Source of the DNA: Salinispira sp.
GTDB lineage: Bacteria > Spirochaetota > Spirochaetia > DSM-27196 > Salinispiraceae
Length of the DNA stretch: 64,000 bases
Reading direction: 5' to 3'
NCBI GenBank assembly: GCA_965226555.1
Contig: CBDDDG010000014.1
Location: forward strand, 32,001-96,000
Shown: positions 1 to 9,995 of the stretch, in pieces
How the letters are laid out: each line of letters opens with the position of its first letter
Position numbering within the stretch: position 1 is the stretch's first letter
Position numbers and translations under genes: made by a program
Notes under the pieces: model-generated
What the model was told of the DNA's origin: nothing
What the model saw: only the letters and a program-made list of their open reading frames with translations
Databases searched by the model: none

Positions 1-353
1 CCCTCAGAAAGGCTGCTGAAATTCTGCCACTTACTGTAGCGGATTGACCCCTCTTCGGTCTGAAAGCTGCCGCCAGGCAGATTATAGACGATGCGGTTTT
101 TCAGATTAATCCGCACCCGCCGTTTGCCGTCATTCAGCCATACAATATCCTTTCCCTCTATTGCCTCAAGCTCGCCAAAAAAGCGATAGCGCGCATGTGT
201 CGGATCGCCTTCGGCATATATGGGAAGATATCCGGCATCAATAATTAAACGGCGGAATGTGCGCCACCGGAGAAGCTCCACGAGCGCTCCTGCCCCGGGT
301 ATAATGAGGTAGCACAGGGCAGCGGTAATTATTCCTGCTATTATAAAGTTCAT
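1..353 (-). CDS. Hypothetical membrane protein, 5' part (runs off window start)
   Basis: Hand-translated open frame MNFIIAGIITAALCYLIIPGAGA...RFFGELEAIEG...SSLSE with a hydrophobic N-terminus; not in the ORF track because no stop is in the window. Confidence 0.65.
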   Translation of the reverse strand, partial: MNFIIAGIITAALCYLIIPGAGALVELLRWRTFRRLIIDAGYLPIYAEGDPTHARYRFFGELEAIEGKDIVWLNDGKRRVRINLKNRIVYNLPGGSFQTEEGSIRYSKWQNFSSLSE

Positions 354-416
354 GACGGAACGAAAACCCTCTACACGTATATGGTTGGCGAGATATTCAC
401 GAGTATTGTATATGTT

Positions 417-881
417 TCAGATCAGGAAATCAAGAAAAAGGGCGGTTTTGCTGTTATGAAGACCAAAGTTAAGCCCCTGATCTTCCACCAGCGGTTCAAG
501 GGTGTTCTCATCCTGATATTGCCGCGCATAATGAGCAGTAAGGCGGTCAATGGATTCAGTACTCATTGATGCAACATCAATCTTCTCTTCGCCCCTTCCT
601 TCGACAAGTTTGTTAATAAGAATATCAAGCATGCGCAGGCGGAGGGAAGAATAGGTAGATTTATGAGAAGAAATGGGAGTAACCGAAATATGCTTGTAGT
701 TATGATACACCGATGTATCATTGGCATATAATGAAACCTTGCCGCCGCCCGTCTGCGGGCGGAGCATCTGACTCAGCGAAACAGCATTGACGGATCGCAC
801 ATTGTGCTGGGTCGCATTCTCATACTGGGTTGTGTTCTCGTAATGGAGCGCATTCTCGTAATGGAGCGGATTAATTACCAT
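417..881 (-). CDS. Hypothetical protein
   Basis: 154-aa ORF co-oriented with neighbours; N-terminal 6-aa repeats (HYENAL/HYENTT/QYENAT); start uncertain. Confidence 0.6.
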   Translation of the reverse strand: MVINPLHYENALHYENTTQYENATQHNVRSVNAVSLSQMLRPQTGGGKVSLYANDTSVYHNYKHISVTPISSHKSTYSSLRLRMLDILINKLVEGRGEEKIDVASMSTESIDRLTAHYARQYQDENTLEPLVEDQGLNFGLHNSKTALFLDFLI

Positions 882-912
882 ACTCTATTTTCGGTAAGAT
901 GTTTGAAAAATA

Positions 913-1266
913 TTAGTTGCTGCGTTCCAGCTCGTTCTGATACTCAATTGTATACAGCGCGTAGGGTATGGCTTCTAGGCGCTCATGGGGAATGGGGGTG
1001 CCGGTTTTCAGACAAATGCCGTATGTACCGTTTTCTATGCGTAACAGAGCCGCTTCAATAAGGTTGAGACGCTTTTTATCCTGCGCCGACAGAAGTGAGA
1101 GTATTTTTTTATCGATATCTGAATTCGCGGCATCTGCCAAATCCATGGGTTCGGAACTTGAGGCTAATTCAAAAAAATCGGCATGTTCATGAGCAAGGTT
1201 CCGGATGATTTCCTGCCTCATCTGCACAAGTTTTTCTTTCATCTTTGTAATAAATGCTTTGTCCAC
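913..1266 (-). CDS. dksA: TraR/DksA family transcription regulator with degenerate zinc finger
   Basis: Coiled-coil tip DLADAA, then IEAALLRIENGTYGICLKTG..IPHERLEAIPYA; GTG start at 1266 after GGAG. Confidence 0.85.
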   Translation of the reverse strand: MDKAFITKMKEKLVQMRQEIIRNLAHEHADFFELASSSEPMDLADAANSDIDKKILSLLSAQDKKRLNLIEAALLRIENGTYGICLKTGTPIPHERLEAIPYALYTIEYQNELERSN

Positions 1267-1294
1267 TATATACTCCGTAAACACCGAGAAAATT

Positions 1295-1765
1295 TCACTG
1301 AGTAACGTTGGACTGAGTAATTGTGTGCAGATTGGTAGGCGGGAGCATCACTATGGGTAATCCGGCTCTTGCGGTTGTGGAACTAATAAGTTCCCGCAAA
1401 TACGGAAAAATGTGCGCAGGCGCATGTATTTTTGCAAAATCCGGTAATGAAACATTTTGGGGTTCTTCAGTATTCAGTATGTTTTTCTGATTAAATTGAA
1501 TATCCAAACTTTTTTCGTACAATTCATTTTTTCGTTCAAACTCAATATTTTTGAGGATCATATTGACATATGATAGTTCAAAAATTAATTTCAAGTAAGC
1601 GGCAGAAGAGTTATCGCTGTCAATTACATAATAATAATCATCTTCAAAATCGTTTGCGTAATCTTCTTCAGCTGAGAGGGAGAAAAACGAATAGGGGAAT
1701 TCCACCCGCAGCTCGCTGAGCGCAATTTTTGCCCATTCTTTAGCTTTGTTCATATTCAAGACCAC
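1295..1765 (-). CDS. SecB-like chaperone (C-terminal half recognisable, possibly chimeric)
   Basis: C-terminal HAPAHIFPYLRELISSTTARAGLPIVMLPPTN matches the SecB helix motif; N-terminal half not SecB-like. Confidence 0.55.
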   Translation of the reverse strand: MVLNMNKAKEWAKIALSELRVEFPYSFFSLSAEEDYANDFEDDYYYVIDSDNSSAAYLKLIFELSYVNMILKNIEFERKNELYEKSLDIQFNQKNILNTEEPQNVSLPDFAKIHAPAHIFPYLRELISSTTARAGLPIVMLPPTNLHTITQSNVTQ

Positions 1766-1961
1766 CTAACGCTTCTTTGAATGTGCTTAATGCCTTGAGG
1801 CTCTCATTCATAGTATATGGAGAAATACCACTTATTCAGAAAAAGGTCAACCACATCAGAACTTCCTGTGCGAATTCAACATTTGAAGTGCACATTCTTC
1901 TGCCGTTTGATATAATGTGACAAAGTTTCTTGTGAGAAAATTATTCAGGACAGGGGGGGCC

Positions 1962-3704
1962 ATGTCAGATACGGAAACGCGCAGGGGTTTTGAAAAAATT
2001 CAACTGAACAATAATAATCTTGTTTTTGCGGATATTATGTCCAACGGCAAAAAATATATTGTGCCCCGCTTTCAGCGCGATTATTCATGGAACGTGGAGC
2101 AGTGGGATGAGCTCTGGCGGGATATTGAAGACATGCGGAAAAATCGATCCCAGCATTTCATGGGCTACCTCGTTTTTCAGGAAAATATGGAAGCGGCCTT
2201 TCGAGTCTTTCATGTTATTGATGGGCAGCAGCGCCTGACGACATTATCCCTCATAATTGTGGCAGTGCTCAACCGACTGCGTGAGCTGGTCAACAATACT
2301 GTTGAGGCAGAAGATAACATTAGTCGAATCGACATGTATCAGAAATCCTATTTGGGTGTTACCGACCCCAGCACACCCCGCATAAAAGACCCAAAACTGC
2401 GCCTTAACCGGCATAATGACCAAACCTTCCGCATACTTGCCGAGCGGCTGGAGGCCTTATCGGAACAGAACATGATGGCAACGAATGTGCTTATTCACGA
2501 GACATTTGAATTTTTCCGAAAAAAACTGAAGCATTATCAGTCCGGCGCAGAGCTCGCCGCCATGGTGAACGATATTTCACAGGGGCTCCTTTTCACGACC
2601 ATAACCGTAACTGACGATCTGAGCGCCTACGCCATGTTTGAAACCCTGAATGCGCGGGGCGTGAGTCTTTCTACCCCCGATCTGCTGAAGAACTATCTGC
2701 TCTCAACCATGGTGAGCGCCGATAGTTATTCGGAAGATGAATTGGAAGATATTGAAGAACATTGGGCACATATCCTCAAGCAGCTTGGAGAGACCGAGTT
2801 CAACAATTTTCTACGGAGTTACCGAGGACTACGGGATAAACTGGTACCAAAAAAAGAGCTTTTCCGCACCTTGAAGAAAGATATTTCTTTGCCGCAGGAT
2901 GTGCAGCCCTACCTGTACGACTTACAGAAATATGCGCCGGTCTATGCCGCGCTGCAAAATCATCAGGATACTTTTTGGAACAGACAGGAGGGGAAGTACC
3001 GAGATGTCTGTCCGCATCTGGAACTATTGAAATTATTCAATGTCAAAACCCCCCTCACCATCCTCATGGCAGGCTACATGAAATTATCGGCGCCGGATTT
3101 TATAAAACTGGCGCGCTGCATTGCCGTGGTAACCATTCGGTATAATGTTATTCTCCATAATCATCCCAATGTACAGGAAGCAACCTACAACGGAATGGCA
3201 CATACGCTCATGAATAACACGGCTACAGTGAATGATCTCATAAAGATGCTGGAACCCGTCTATCCCGACAATAAAAACTTTGCCGAAAACTTTGCGGTAC
3301 TGGACATGCCCGGCCGCGCTGCCGGCAAGAGAATACGCTTTCTGCTGAGAAAAATAGAGGCGCAGCTCAGCGAAGGGCAGGAACCGCCTGAAACCCTGAC
3401 CGTGGAACATGTGCTCCCCTTCACCCCCAGCCCCCAGTGGCAGAAGTATTTCGGCATTGATAACTATGCGCAGGCAACTGCCCGTCTGGGCAACATGGCC
3501 CTCGTGAAGAATAGCGATCGCATGGGGCAGGAATCCTTTCAGGAGAAACGGAAAGTGCTGGAAGCAAGCGGATATAAGATCAACGCCCACATTGCCGAAT
3601 ATGCGGAATGGGATATGGATGCTCTGGCAAAACATCAGCAGTGGCTGGAGCGGAAAGCGCAGGTAGTGTGGAAAATATCTCAACTGGAAAAGGAGGCATT
3701 GTGA
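1962..3704 (+). CDS. DUF262-DUF1524 (GmrSD-like) modification-dependent restriction protein
   Basis: VPRFQRDYSW, IDGQQRLTT, FETLNARG (DUF262); TVEHVLP...LGNMAL (DUF1524 HNH); ATG 1962 after a G-rich RBS. Confidence 0.85.
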   Translation: MSDTETRRGFEKIQLNNNNLVFADIMSNGKKYIVPRFQRDYSWNVEQWDELWRDIEDMRKNRSQHFMGYLVFQENMEAAFRVFHVIDGQQRLTTLSLIIVAVLNRLRELVNNTVEAEDNISRIDMYQKSYLGVTDPSTPRIKDPKLRLNRHNDQTFRILAERLEALSEQNMMATNVLIHETFEFFRKKLKHYQSGAELAAMVNDISQGLLFTTITVTDDLSAYAMFETLNARGVSLSTPDLLKNYLLSTMVSADSYSEDELEDIEEHWAHILKQLGETEFNNFLRSYRGLRDKLVPKKELFRTLKKDISLPQDVQPYLYDLQKYAPVYAALQNHQDTFWNRQEGKYRDVCPHLELLKLFNVKTPLTILMAGYMKLSAPDFIKLARCIAVVTIRYNVILHNHPNVQEATYNGMAHTLMNNTATVNDLIKMLEPVYPDNKNFAENFAVLDMPGRAAGKRIRFLLRKIEAQLSEGQEPPETLTVEHVLPFTPSPQWQKYFGIDNYAQATARLGNMALVKNSDRMGQESFQEKRKVLEASGYKINAHIAEYAEWDMDALAKHQQWLERKAQVVWKISQLEKEAL

Positions 3705-4462
3705 ATATTCAGGACGTAGACGAATGGTTTCAGAATCTGCTTTCAATACCGGAGTTTACCAAAATAGATTCCAGCGCCAACGGAATTCAGGTTGGGCACA
3801 ATATATCAGCAATAAAAAAAATAGCATTCGCTGTTGATGCCTGTCGTGAAACCTTTATGCGCAGTGAAGACGCCGATGTACTTGTTGTTCATCACGGATT
3901 GTTCTGGGGACGGGAACAATGCCTGCGGGGCTATCACTATGAACGTATCCGCTTTCTCATGGAACATGGCATTGCTCTTTACGCAATACACCTCCCGCTG
4001 GATGCCCACAACACAGTAGGGAACAACTACGGAATGGCGCATTTCCTCGGAATGGAAGACCTGAGCCCCTTTGGGTTTTTTAAGGGTACGGCAATCGGCG
4101 TAAGCGGTATGCTGCCTGAAAAACGGGAGCTGTCTGACATTCAGCGGACACTCTTTGGGAGTTCTGTCTTGGGGACACTTCCCTTCGGCACAGATACAAT
4201 AGGCTCAGCCGCAATTGTATCCGGCGGGGGAACCTTCGCCGTTGATGAGGCAATAGAAAAAGGCATTGATCTTTTTATAACCGGAGACGCATCGCACAAC
4301 ATATATCACCGTTGCCTTGAAGCGCGAATTAATGTTATATTTGCAGGACACTATGCAAGCGAAATATGGGGAGTTAAACTGCTTATGGAACATTTTCTTC
4401 AGGGTCCGGGCGCGGAATGTGGAATTGGCGCTGAATTCATTGATCTTCCGACCGGATTGTAG
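3701..4462 (+). CDS. Nif3-like dinuclear metal centre hexameric protein
   Basis: NGIQVG, VHHGLFW, HLPLDAH..GNN, AGHYASE motifs; GTG start overlaps upstream TGA, RBS AAGGAGG. Confidence 0.9.
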   Translation: MNIQDVDEWFQNLLSIPEFTKIDSSANGIQVGHNISAIKKIAFAVDACRETFMRSEDADVLVVHHGLFWGREQCLRGYHYERIRFLMEHGIALYAIHLPLDAHNTVGNNYGMAHFLGMEDLSPFGFFKGTAIGVSGMLPEKRELSDIQRTLFGSSVLGTLPFGTDTIGSAAIVSGGGTFAVDEAIEKGIDLFITGDASHNIYHRCLEARINVIFAGHYASEIWGVKLLMEHFLQGPGAECGIGAEFIDLPTGL

Positions 4463-4471
4463 GGGCACATA

Positions 4472-5056
4472 ATGAAAAAATATCACTTTCGCCCCCTCAT
4501 TCTCACGTCTATAATTATCTTTTTTGATCAGCTTACAAAACTTATCATTATCCGAACAATTCCATTGAACAGCATCGGGGCCGCGTTCGCCGGAGATTTT
4601 TTCAGAATAATTCATGTCCGTAATCTCGGAGCTGCCTTCAGTTTGGGTGAGGGTTTGCCCCCCGTCCTGCGGATTGCCCTTGTGATCATCCTCCCTGTTG
4701 CTCTCATTATCGGTATTGTTGTATGTATTATTCGTTCAGATGATCTCACAACAGTGCAGCGCTGGCTTCTTGCGGGAATTGCCGGCGGCGGAATAGGCAA
4801 TGTGTTTTTCGACAGAATTTTCCGTCCCCTCGGGGTCGTGGATTTTCTGGATTTCAAGTTCTACGGATTGTTCGGATTTGATCGCTGGCCGACCTTTAAT
4901 GTTGCCGATAGCGCAACGGTTATCTGCGGCACCCTGTTAATGATTAATCTGATATTCGGCAAACAGCACAGCCATGAAAATAACAGCCCTAATGAAGAAA
5001 ACAGTGAAAAACCCGATGGAGGAACCAATGGAGGACACAGTGGAAGAGAACAATGA
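4472..5056 (+). CDS. lspA: Lipoprotein signal peptidase II
   Basis: DQLTK, NLGAAFS, GGIGN..DRI, VVDFLD, WPTFNVADS motifs. Confidence 0.95.
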   Translation: MKKYHFRPLILTSIIIFFDQLTKLIIIRTIPLNSIGAAFAGDFFRIIHVRNLGAAFSLGEGLPPVLRIALVIILPVALIIGIVVCIIRSDDLTTVQRWLLAGIAGGGIGNVFFDRIFRPLGVVDFLDFKFYGLFGFDRWPTFNVADSATVICGTLLMINLIFGKQHSHENNSPNEENSEKPDGGTNGGHSGREQ

Positions 5057-5381
5057 GCAGAAAAACACCCCGCAAAACACCCAGAACAATAGAACGATTA
5101 ACAAGAAACTCAATTCTGTTTTCTTCATTATTGGAGCAACGGTACTGAACCTAGTGATAATGATCGGCATTTTTATACTACTGACAATACTATACGGCCG
5201 CTTCCTCGCGCCTCATTTAGCGAATCAGACATCGGGACAGATTATTCTTGTGTTTATCTTTTTCATTTCGGTTATTGGCTCATATGTATTTTATCATCTT
5301 TTCATAAAATGGATTTCCAACAAGATAGACATGGAGAAGTATTTCGATCCTATTTTCAGACCGGGAAGGAAAAAGAGATAG
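5028..5381 (+). CDS. Small two-TM membrane protein downstream of lspA
   Basis: Two hydrophobic helices, ends DMEKYFDPIF; start ambiguous (5016/5028/5040). Confidence 0.7.
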   Translation: MEDTVEENNEQKNTPQNTQNNRTINKKLNSVFFIIGATVLNLVIMIGIFILLTILYGRFLAPHLANQTSGQIILVFIFFISVIGSYVFYHLFIKWISNKIDMEKYFDPIFRPGRKKR

Positions 5382-5408
5382 GACAGCTGTTGTTTGGCGG
5401 GAGCTGCC

Positions 5409-5457
5409 GTTTTGCCTTGGAAAATTGCGCTTGCGCAATTTCCAGTAGCAAAACTTT
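5409..5457. repeat. Palindromic element, long core
   Basis: GTTTTGC-CTTGGAAAATTGCGCTTGCGCAATTTCCAGTA-GCAAAAC; about 9 long-core copies in the window. Confidence 0.9.
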
Positions 5458-5541
5458 GTGAATGCAAAACTTTCTTTGGGATATTACTGTTTGATCAGCC
5501 CGGACGCATGGCGAACCGGATGCTTGGGCGAGCAGCGCCAA

Positions 5542-5841
5542 TTAATGCGATCCGTTCCGCACTGTCCGCATTTCCTCATCGCTCAGCCCGGTAACATCCT
5601 GAATGTCATGGGCTGAAAATCCTTTGGAAAACATACTGCGGGCGTTTTTTCTCCGCTCTTCAATATGCCCCTCAGCGCGGCCTGTTCGCAATCCTTTCAG
5701 AATGCCCTCAGCCCGGCCCTTTGTGATACCCTGCTCAAGACCTTCAACACGGCCTTTCAGAATACCTTTCTCCATTCCTTTCAGAATGCCTTTCTCCATA
5801 CCTTCCCTCACGAAGGCGTTGGTTATGTTATATGTCCGCAT
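5542..5841 (-). CDS. Putative internally initiated small Rpn protein (RpnS-like, 99 aa)
   Basis: AAGGAGAAAACAGT-ATG in frame; AGGAG RBS and ATG conserved in all family A copies. Confidence 0.7.
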   Translation of the reverse strand: MRTYNITNAFVREGMEKGILKGMEKGILKGRVEGLEQGITKGRAEGILKGLRTGRAEGHIEERRKNARSMFSKGFSAHDIQDVTGLSDEEMRTVRNGSH

Positions 5842-6591
5842 ACTGTTTTCTCCTTCAGGATATACTTCCCTGTCAATTTTCTCAAACTGCTCATACAGTC
5901 CCAAATCTTTTAGATAACCTAGCACACTCTCTGCCAGATCAGTAAAGTCTTGTGATGACAGACCGTTCAGGAGCTGCGCAATTTCTTTCAGCCCCTCAGC
6001 GTTCATTTCATTGTCTCGCATTATATACCACAACGCAGTCGATGTATATCGTTTTCCATCGAAACGCCATGCCAACTGTTTTTTGTCCATTCGCCTCAGA
6101 TCGCGCACAATGTACGACACTTTCACCTTGACATCTACCGTGCCTTCAGTCATGGATTCGGAAGCAGCATTTCCATGCGAACTGTAAAATGTGAGTGGGA
6201 GGTTCCATTCCTTTTTTCCATGGTAGAGCAGCAGTATATAGATAGCATCATTTTCATTGTACACATTGCTGTTTCTGAGGGCATACTGATAATTATCGAT
6301 TTGAGTGAGAGCATGTTTATTCAGGTAGCTTTTATGTTCAGTAATAAATAGAGCTTTTCGCTCGGGGTCTGACAAGAAGGGGGCGCTAACAACGAGATCG
6401 CAGTGAAGGTTCTTTTTTCCCGCAATGTAGCTGGGGTTTTCAATGCGGATTTTGTCCAGATCCAGCTTGGCAAGCGTTGTATCCTCACAGAACAGCCGCA
6501 GTAGGTCGGGAATCAGCCGGGGGGTTCTGTAGTAGGCGATCTTGAAGGCTATGTCGTGGATGTGGCCTGTGCTGTGGGATGATTTTTTCAT
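5542..6591 (-). CDS. Rpn/YhgA-like PD-(D/E)XK nuclease, family A, intact
   Basis: HDIAFK, HCDLVV, FITEHKS, LLLYHG; C-terminal EG/KG repeats and ARSMF..GLS tail. Confidence 0.9.
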   Translation of the reverse strand: MKKSSHSTGHIHDIAFKIAYYRTPRLIPDLLRLFCEDTTLAKLDLDKIRIENPSYIAGKKNLHCDLVVSAPFLSDPERKALFITEHKSYLNKHALTQIDNYQYALRNSNVYNENDAIYILLLYHGKKEWNLPLTFYSSHGNAASESMTEGTVDVKVKVSYIVRDLRRMDKKQLAWRFDGKRYTSTALWYIMRDNEMNAEGLKEIAQLLNGLSSQDFTDLAESVLGYLKDLGLYEQFEKIDREVYPEGENSMRTYNITNAFVREGMEKGILKGMEKGILKGRVEGLEQGITKGRAEGILKGLRTGRAEGHIEERRKNARSMFSKGFSAHDIQDVTGLSDEEMRTVRNGSH

Positions 6592-6680
6592 AAATATCTC
6601 CTGCTATATCTATAACGGGAGAACTGTCATTTTTGACTATGTTTTTTGAGAGAATTTGAAAGAATGTTGTGTTTCGCAAA
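6592..6680 (-). promoter_or_regulatory. Shared rpn 5' leader with GTCA-N4-TGAC palindrome
   Basis: Homologous to leaders at 14502-14595, 16690-16792, 32066-32170, 34929-35032, 52704-52823 and partial 43720-43757. Confidence 0.75.
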
Positions 6681-6965
6681 GGTGGATTGATATGAATTGC
6701 CTGGTAAGAGAGTATTCGGTGTTTCGGGAATTAAGGCAGGAGCAGCAGTTTCCGGCTGCGGGTGCGCAGAACAAAAACCTCTGCGAAAATGGGCAAAAAA
6801 GAAAAAGTGCTTGGCACAAACGAATTTTTTGATGATACTGGATCACAGTGGAGCTTAAAAAAACGCTATTTTAGCGATGCAGTGGGAAATACCCGTGTTT
6901 CCAGAGCTTCCCGTAACTTATCGTAACGCGGTTTTTACCGCATAACAATCTCAAGGAGGTAATTC

Positions 6966-7324
6966 ATGGGAACAGACAAGTCATTAAAGTGGTCATCAAG
7001 ACCATCTCCGGAACAGGTACGCAAATATCAAGAGAAATGGAATGAGCTTGATCATTATGTGTCGAATGAGAAATCCTTGGAAAAATTATTCACGGAGATA
7101 TATCCTGAAAATAATAATAGGGATGAAGTACTCATTAAAATTGGCGTGCTGAACTCCTTCCTAATGATGAGGATCACGTTCCAAAGCTCAGGAATTGTTA
7201 TTCGTTTGCAACAAAGTATTGTAGCCATCATTGTCCAGATGTCTATCCAATTTATGACGGCAATGTGGATGAAATACTCTATGCCGGAGTAGCGGAACAA
7301 TTAGCCGCTTCCGAAACAATATAA
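6966..7324 (+). pseudogene. Internally deleted/frameshifted conserved hypothetical gene
   Basis: RBS AAGGAGGT; N-terminal ...VLIKIGVLNSF switches frame near 7160 to RNCYSFATKYCSHHCPDVYPIYDGNV. Confidence 0.6.
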
Positions 7325-7459
7325 TCAAATACAAAGAAAGCATTCCTGACGGACGCATTGGCGAGCCGGATGCCCGGGCGCGCAACGCCGACCAGCCGTC
7401 ACTTGATCGAAAAAAGGCAGGCACGGATTTTTTTTCCGCGCATAAAAGAATATGCGCGG

Positions 7460-7510
7460 AAATTTTGCATTGGAAAATTGCGCTTGCACAATTTCCAGTA
7501 GCAAAAGGTT
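7460..7510. repeat. Palindromic element, long core
   Basis: ATTTTGCATTGGAAAATTGCGCTTGCACAATTTCCAGTAGCAAAA. Confidence 0.9.
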
Positions 7511-7524
7511 TTATTCTTGCAGGT

Positions 7525-9216
7525 TTATGGGGTATACCACGTTGGATAATTCGGTTGATCCCCACTATCGTCATTACTAGCCGGATTCGCATCCAAACCG
7601 GAATCCTTAAACATATCGGTTGTGGTTACCGAGTTATCCACCGCCCATCTCTCAAGATTTTGATTGAATTCGTCTGCCTTGTTGAACATCGCCGACATAT
7701 CCGTTACTGAACCGACATTCCAGCCAGAGATATCAATATTGAATACTTTTGCTCCAGCGAACATATAGGACATATTCGTTACCATACTGACATCCCAGCC
7801 GGAAATATCGCCATTGAATGCGTGTGCGTCAGTGAATATATAGGACATATTTATTACCGCGCTAACGTTCCAGTCGGATATATCGCCATTGAATGCCCTT
7901 GCTGAACGGAATATAGCTTCCATGTTCGTTACCGAACTGACATCCCAGCCAGAGATATCGCCATTGAATGCCGTTGCGGTAAAGAACATTTGTTTCATAT
8001 TTGTTACCCTGCCAGTATCCCATCGTGAAATATCGCCATTGAATGTGGTTCGATCACTGAACATATCGGACATATCCGTTACCGCAGTGGTAATAATGTA
8101 GTTGAGATTGGCAGTATTGCCCCAGATTCCGGAGTCATTGGTGTCGGTGATGTCTCCTATCGCCGCAGTTACCGCTGTTTTCAGTTGAGCGTTAGTAGCA
8201 GGGCTCACGGTAACAAAGAGATATTCGGCAAACCATACATCTCCATTTCCGTTTTCGCCATATACCAGATATGTTCCTGCTGTTGTACTTGCGCTAACCG
8301 TAACAATTCCGGTACCCGCATTAACAGTCGGAATGGTGACACTTGCGGGCGCAGTTGCGGGGGTAACCGTAATGGTTCCTGATATTTCATTGGCCGCAAG
8401 AGTGCCCGGTTCCACGGTGGTCAACTTAACGGTTGGATTCTCACGGGCAATTATGGCAGTATTGGCAGCCGAAAGGCTTAGCGATGCTGCCGTACCCCCA
8501 GGAGTCTGCTGCGCCGCAACAATTAACGGCGTTTCCGTTGCAATTTCCGACCATGTACCAGTGCCCTCGTTGTTCACGGCGCGCGCCTGTACTTCGTAGG
8601 AAGTGCCGTTTCTCAGGCCTCTAATGGTGTAGCTTGCGGCTGGCGCGGCGAGTACAATAATTTCCGACCAGTTGGTACCGCCGTCCGTGCTATGTCGCAG
8701 GTGGTATGCGGTAATTTCGCTGCCGCCGTTGTCGGCAGGCGCGCTCCATGCAACCAGTAAATGCCTGTTCCCCGGTTCAAGGGTTGGGGCAGCCATTGTA
8801 CCCGGCGCGGCAGGGGGCACAGTTGGCGCAATAGGGCGTGCCGTGGCAGATGCCGACCAGCCGCCAATGCCCTGCGCGTTGACGGCGCGTACCTGCACGG
8901 CATAATTCATGCCGTTTGTCAGCTCGGTAATGGTGTGGCTTGTGCCGGTAATACCGGATGTGATCTCTGTCCAGCTCTCGCTGTCGACTTGACGATAGCG
9001 CAGGTGATACTCAGTAATATCGTTTCCTAGGTTGTTGTCTCCCCAATTCCATGTGGCAGGATCGACCCACGATGCAGTAAGTTGGCCATTCCCCGCTTCG
9101 AGAGTTGGAGAATACATGGCAGGCGGCGTAGTCAGTATGGGACATCCCGCAAGCAATGTAATGGATATTGAGCAAAAAATGAAAAAGGTTATTCCTTTGT
9201 ACGACCTAATTCTCAT
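7525..9216 (-). CDS. Surface lipoprotein 1: 2x FN3 + 6x DUF285/BspA-like 25-aa repeats
   Basis: Signal ending LLAGC, RBS AGGAGGT; FN3 motifs (LTNGMNYAVQVRAVN..G.G.WS); WDVSSVTNM..MF..A..FNGDIS repeats. Confidence 0.9.
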   Translation of the reverse strand: MRIRSYKGITFFIFCSISITLLAGCPILTTPPAMYSPTLEAGNGQLTASWVDPATWNWGDNNLGNDITEYHLRYRQVDSESWTEITSGITGTSHTITELTNGMNYAVQVRAVNAQGIGGWSASATARPIAPTVPPAAPGTMAAPTLEPGNRHLLVAWSAPADNGGSEITAYHLRHSTDGGTNWSEIIVLAAPAASYTIRGLRNGTSYEVQARAVNNEGTGTWSEIATETPLIVAAQQTPGGTAASLSLSAANTAIIARENPTVKLTTVEPGTLAANEISGTITVTPATAPASVTIPTVNAGTGIVTVSASTTAGTYLVYGENGNGDVWFAEYLFVTVSPATNAQLKTAVTAAIGDITDTNDSGIWGNTANLNYIITTAVTDMSDMFSDRTTFNGDISRWDTGRVTNMKQMFFTATAFNGDISGWDVSSVTNMEAIFRSARAFNGDISDWNVSAVINMSYIFTDAHAFNGDISGWDVSMVTNMSYMFAGAKVFNIDISGWNVGSVTDMSAMFNKADEFNQNLERWAVDNSVTTTDMFKDSGLDANPASNDDSGDQPNYPTWYTP

Positions 9217-9353
9217 ATGTGTTACCTCCTAAGGTAAAAAGATGATGAACTGAAATTATAAATTAGTTGGATGCTGATAGTCAAGAGAAATTTGCGTCAA
9301 TTCCGCGGTGTGAACGCGGAATGTTCCGGCATCGGTTTCCGCGGGCATCAGGT

Positions 9354-9995
9354 TCAGCGGGACAGGCGCTCCACGGCGTCGCGAGCCTGCGAGAGGTTGC
9401 CGTTGAGTTCGAGAGCCCGCCTATAGGCCTCAAGAGCATAATTCGGATCGCCGGCCTGTTCACGGACAAAGCCGAGGCGTTCCCAGGCATCAGCGTTGCC
9501 GGGCTCAAAATACAGCGCTGTGGAAATTGCTATGTCGGCTGCATGATATTCCTCAAAGCGGATATGTATTTCACCCATGAGCAGGTATATCTGATCAATG
9601 AAGTTTCCACTCGGACGCACAGCTGCATAGTCCTGAAGATACTGGAGCGCCGAAAGGTTGTTTCCCAATTCATACTGGGCTTCAGACATAATTGCGAGGA
9701 TTCGGTGATCATATCGGGATACATCAAGCCCCCTCTGCGCAGAGTCCACGGCGCCGGCCCAATCTCCCAGAGCCAGAAATGCCCAGCCCTGAACCGCATA
9801 GGCATCCATATTTCCCGGAGTTCTCGCAAGCTCTCTTTCGGTTATGCGGATAGATTCCGAGTAGTTGCCTTCACGGAAGCTCTGAAGGGCATCTTCCCGT
9901 TCTCTGCTTTGCGCTCCCATTGCCGGAAGTATCAGCATCGAAAATATCAGCATGAATAAGAGAAAAATTGGTGTGTATCTGTTCATATTTTTCAT
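9354..9995 (-). CDS. Tetratricopeptide-repeat protein, exported
   Basis: Signal peptide; TPR-like helices (ADAWERLG..ALEAYRRALELN); ATGA overlap with upstream gene. Confidence 0.8.
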   Translation of the reverse strand: MKNMNRYTPIFLLFMLIFSMLILPAMGAQSREREDALQSFREGNYSESIRITERELARTPGNMDAYAVQGWAFLALGDWAGAVDSAQRGLDVSRYDHRILAIMSEAQYELGNNLSALQYLQDYAAVRPSGNFIDQIYLLMGEIHIRFEEYHAADIAISTALYFEPGNADAWERLGFVREQAGDPNYALEAYRRALELNGNLSQARDAVERLSR

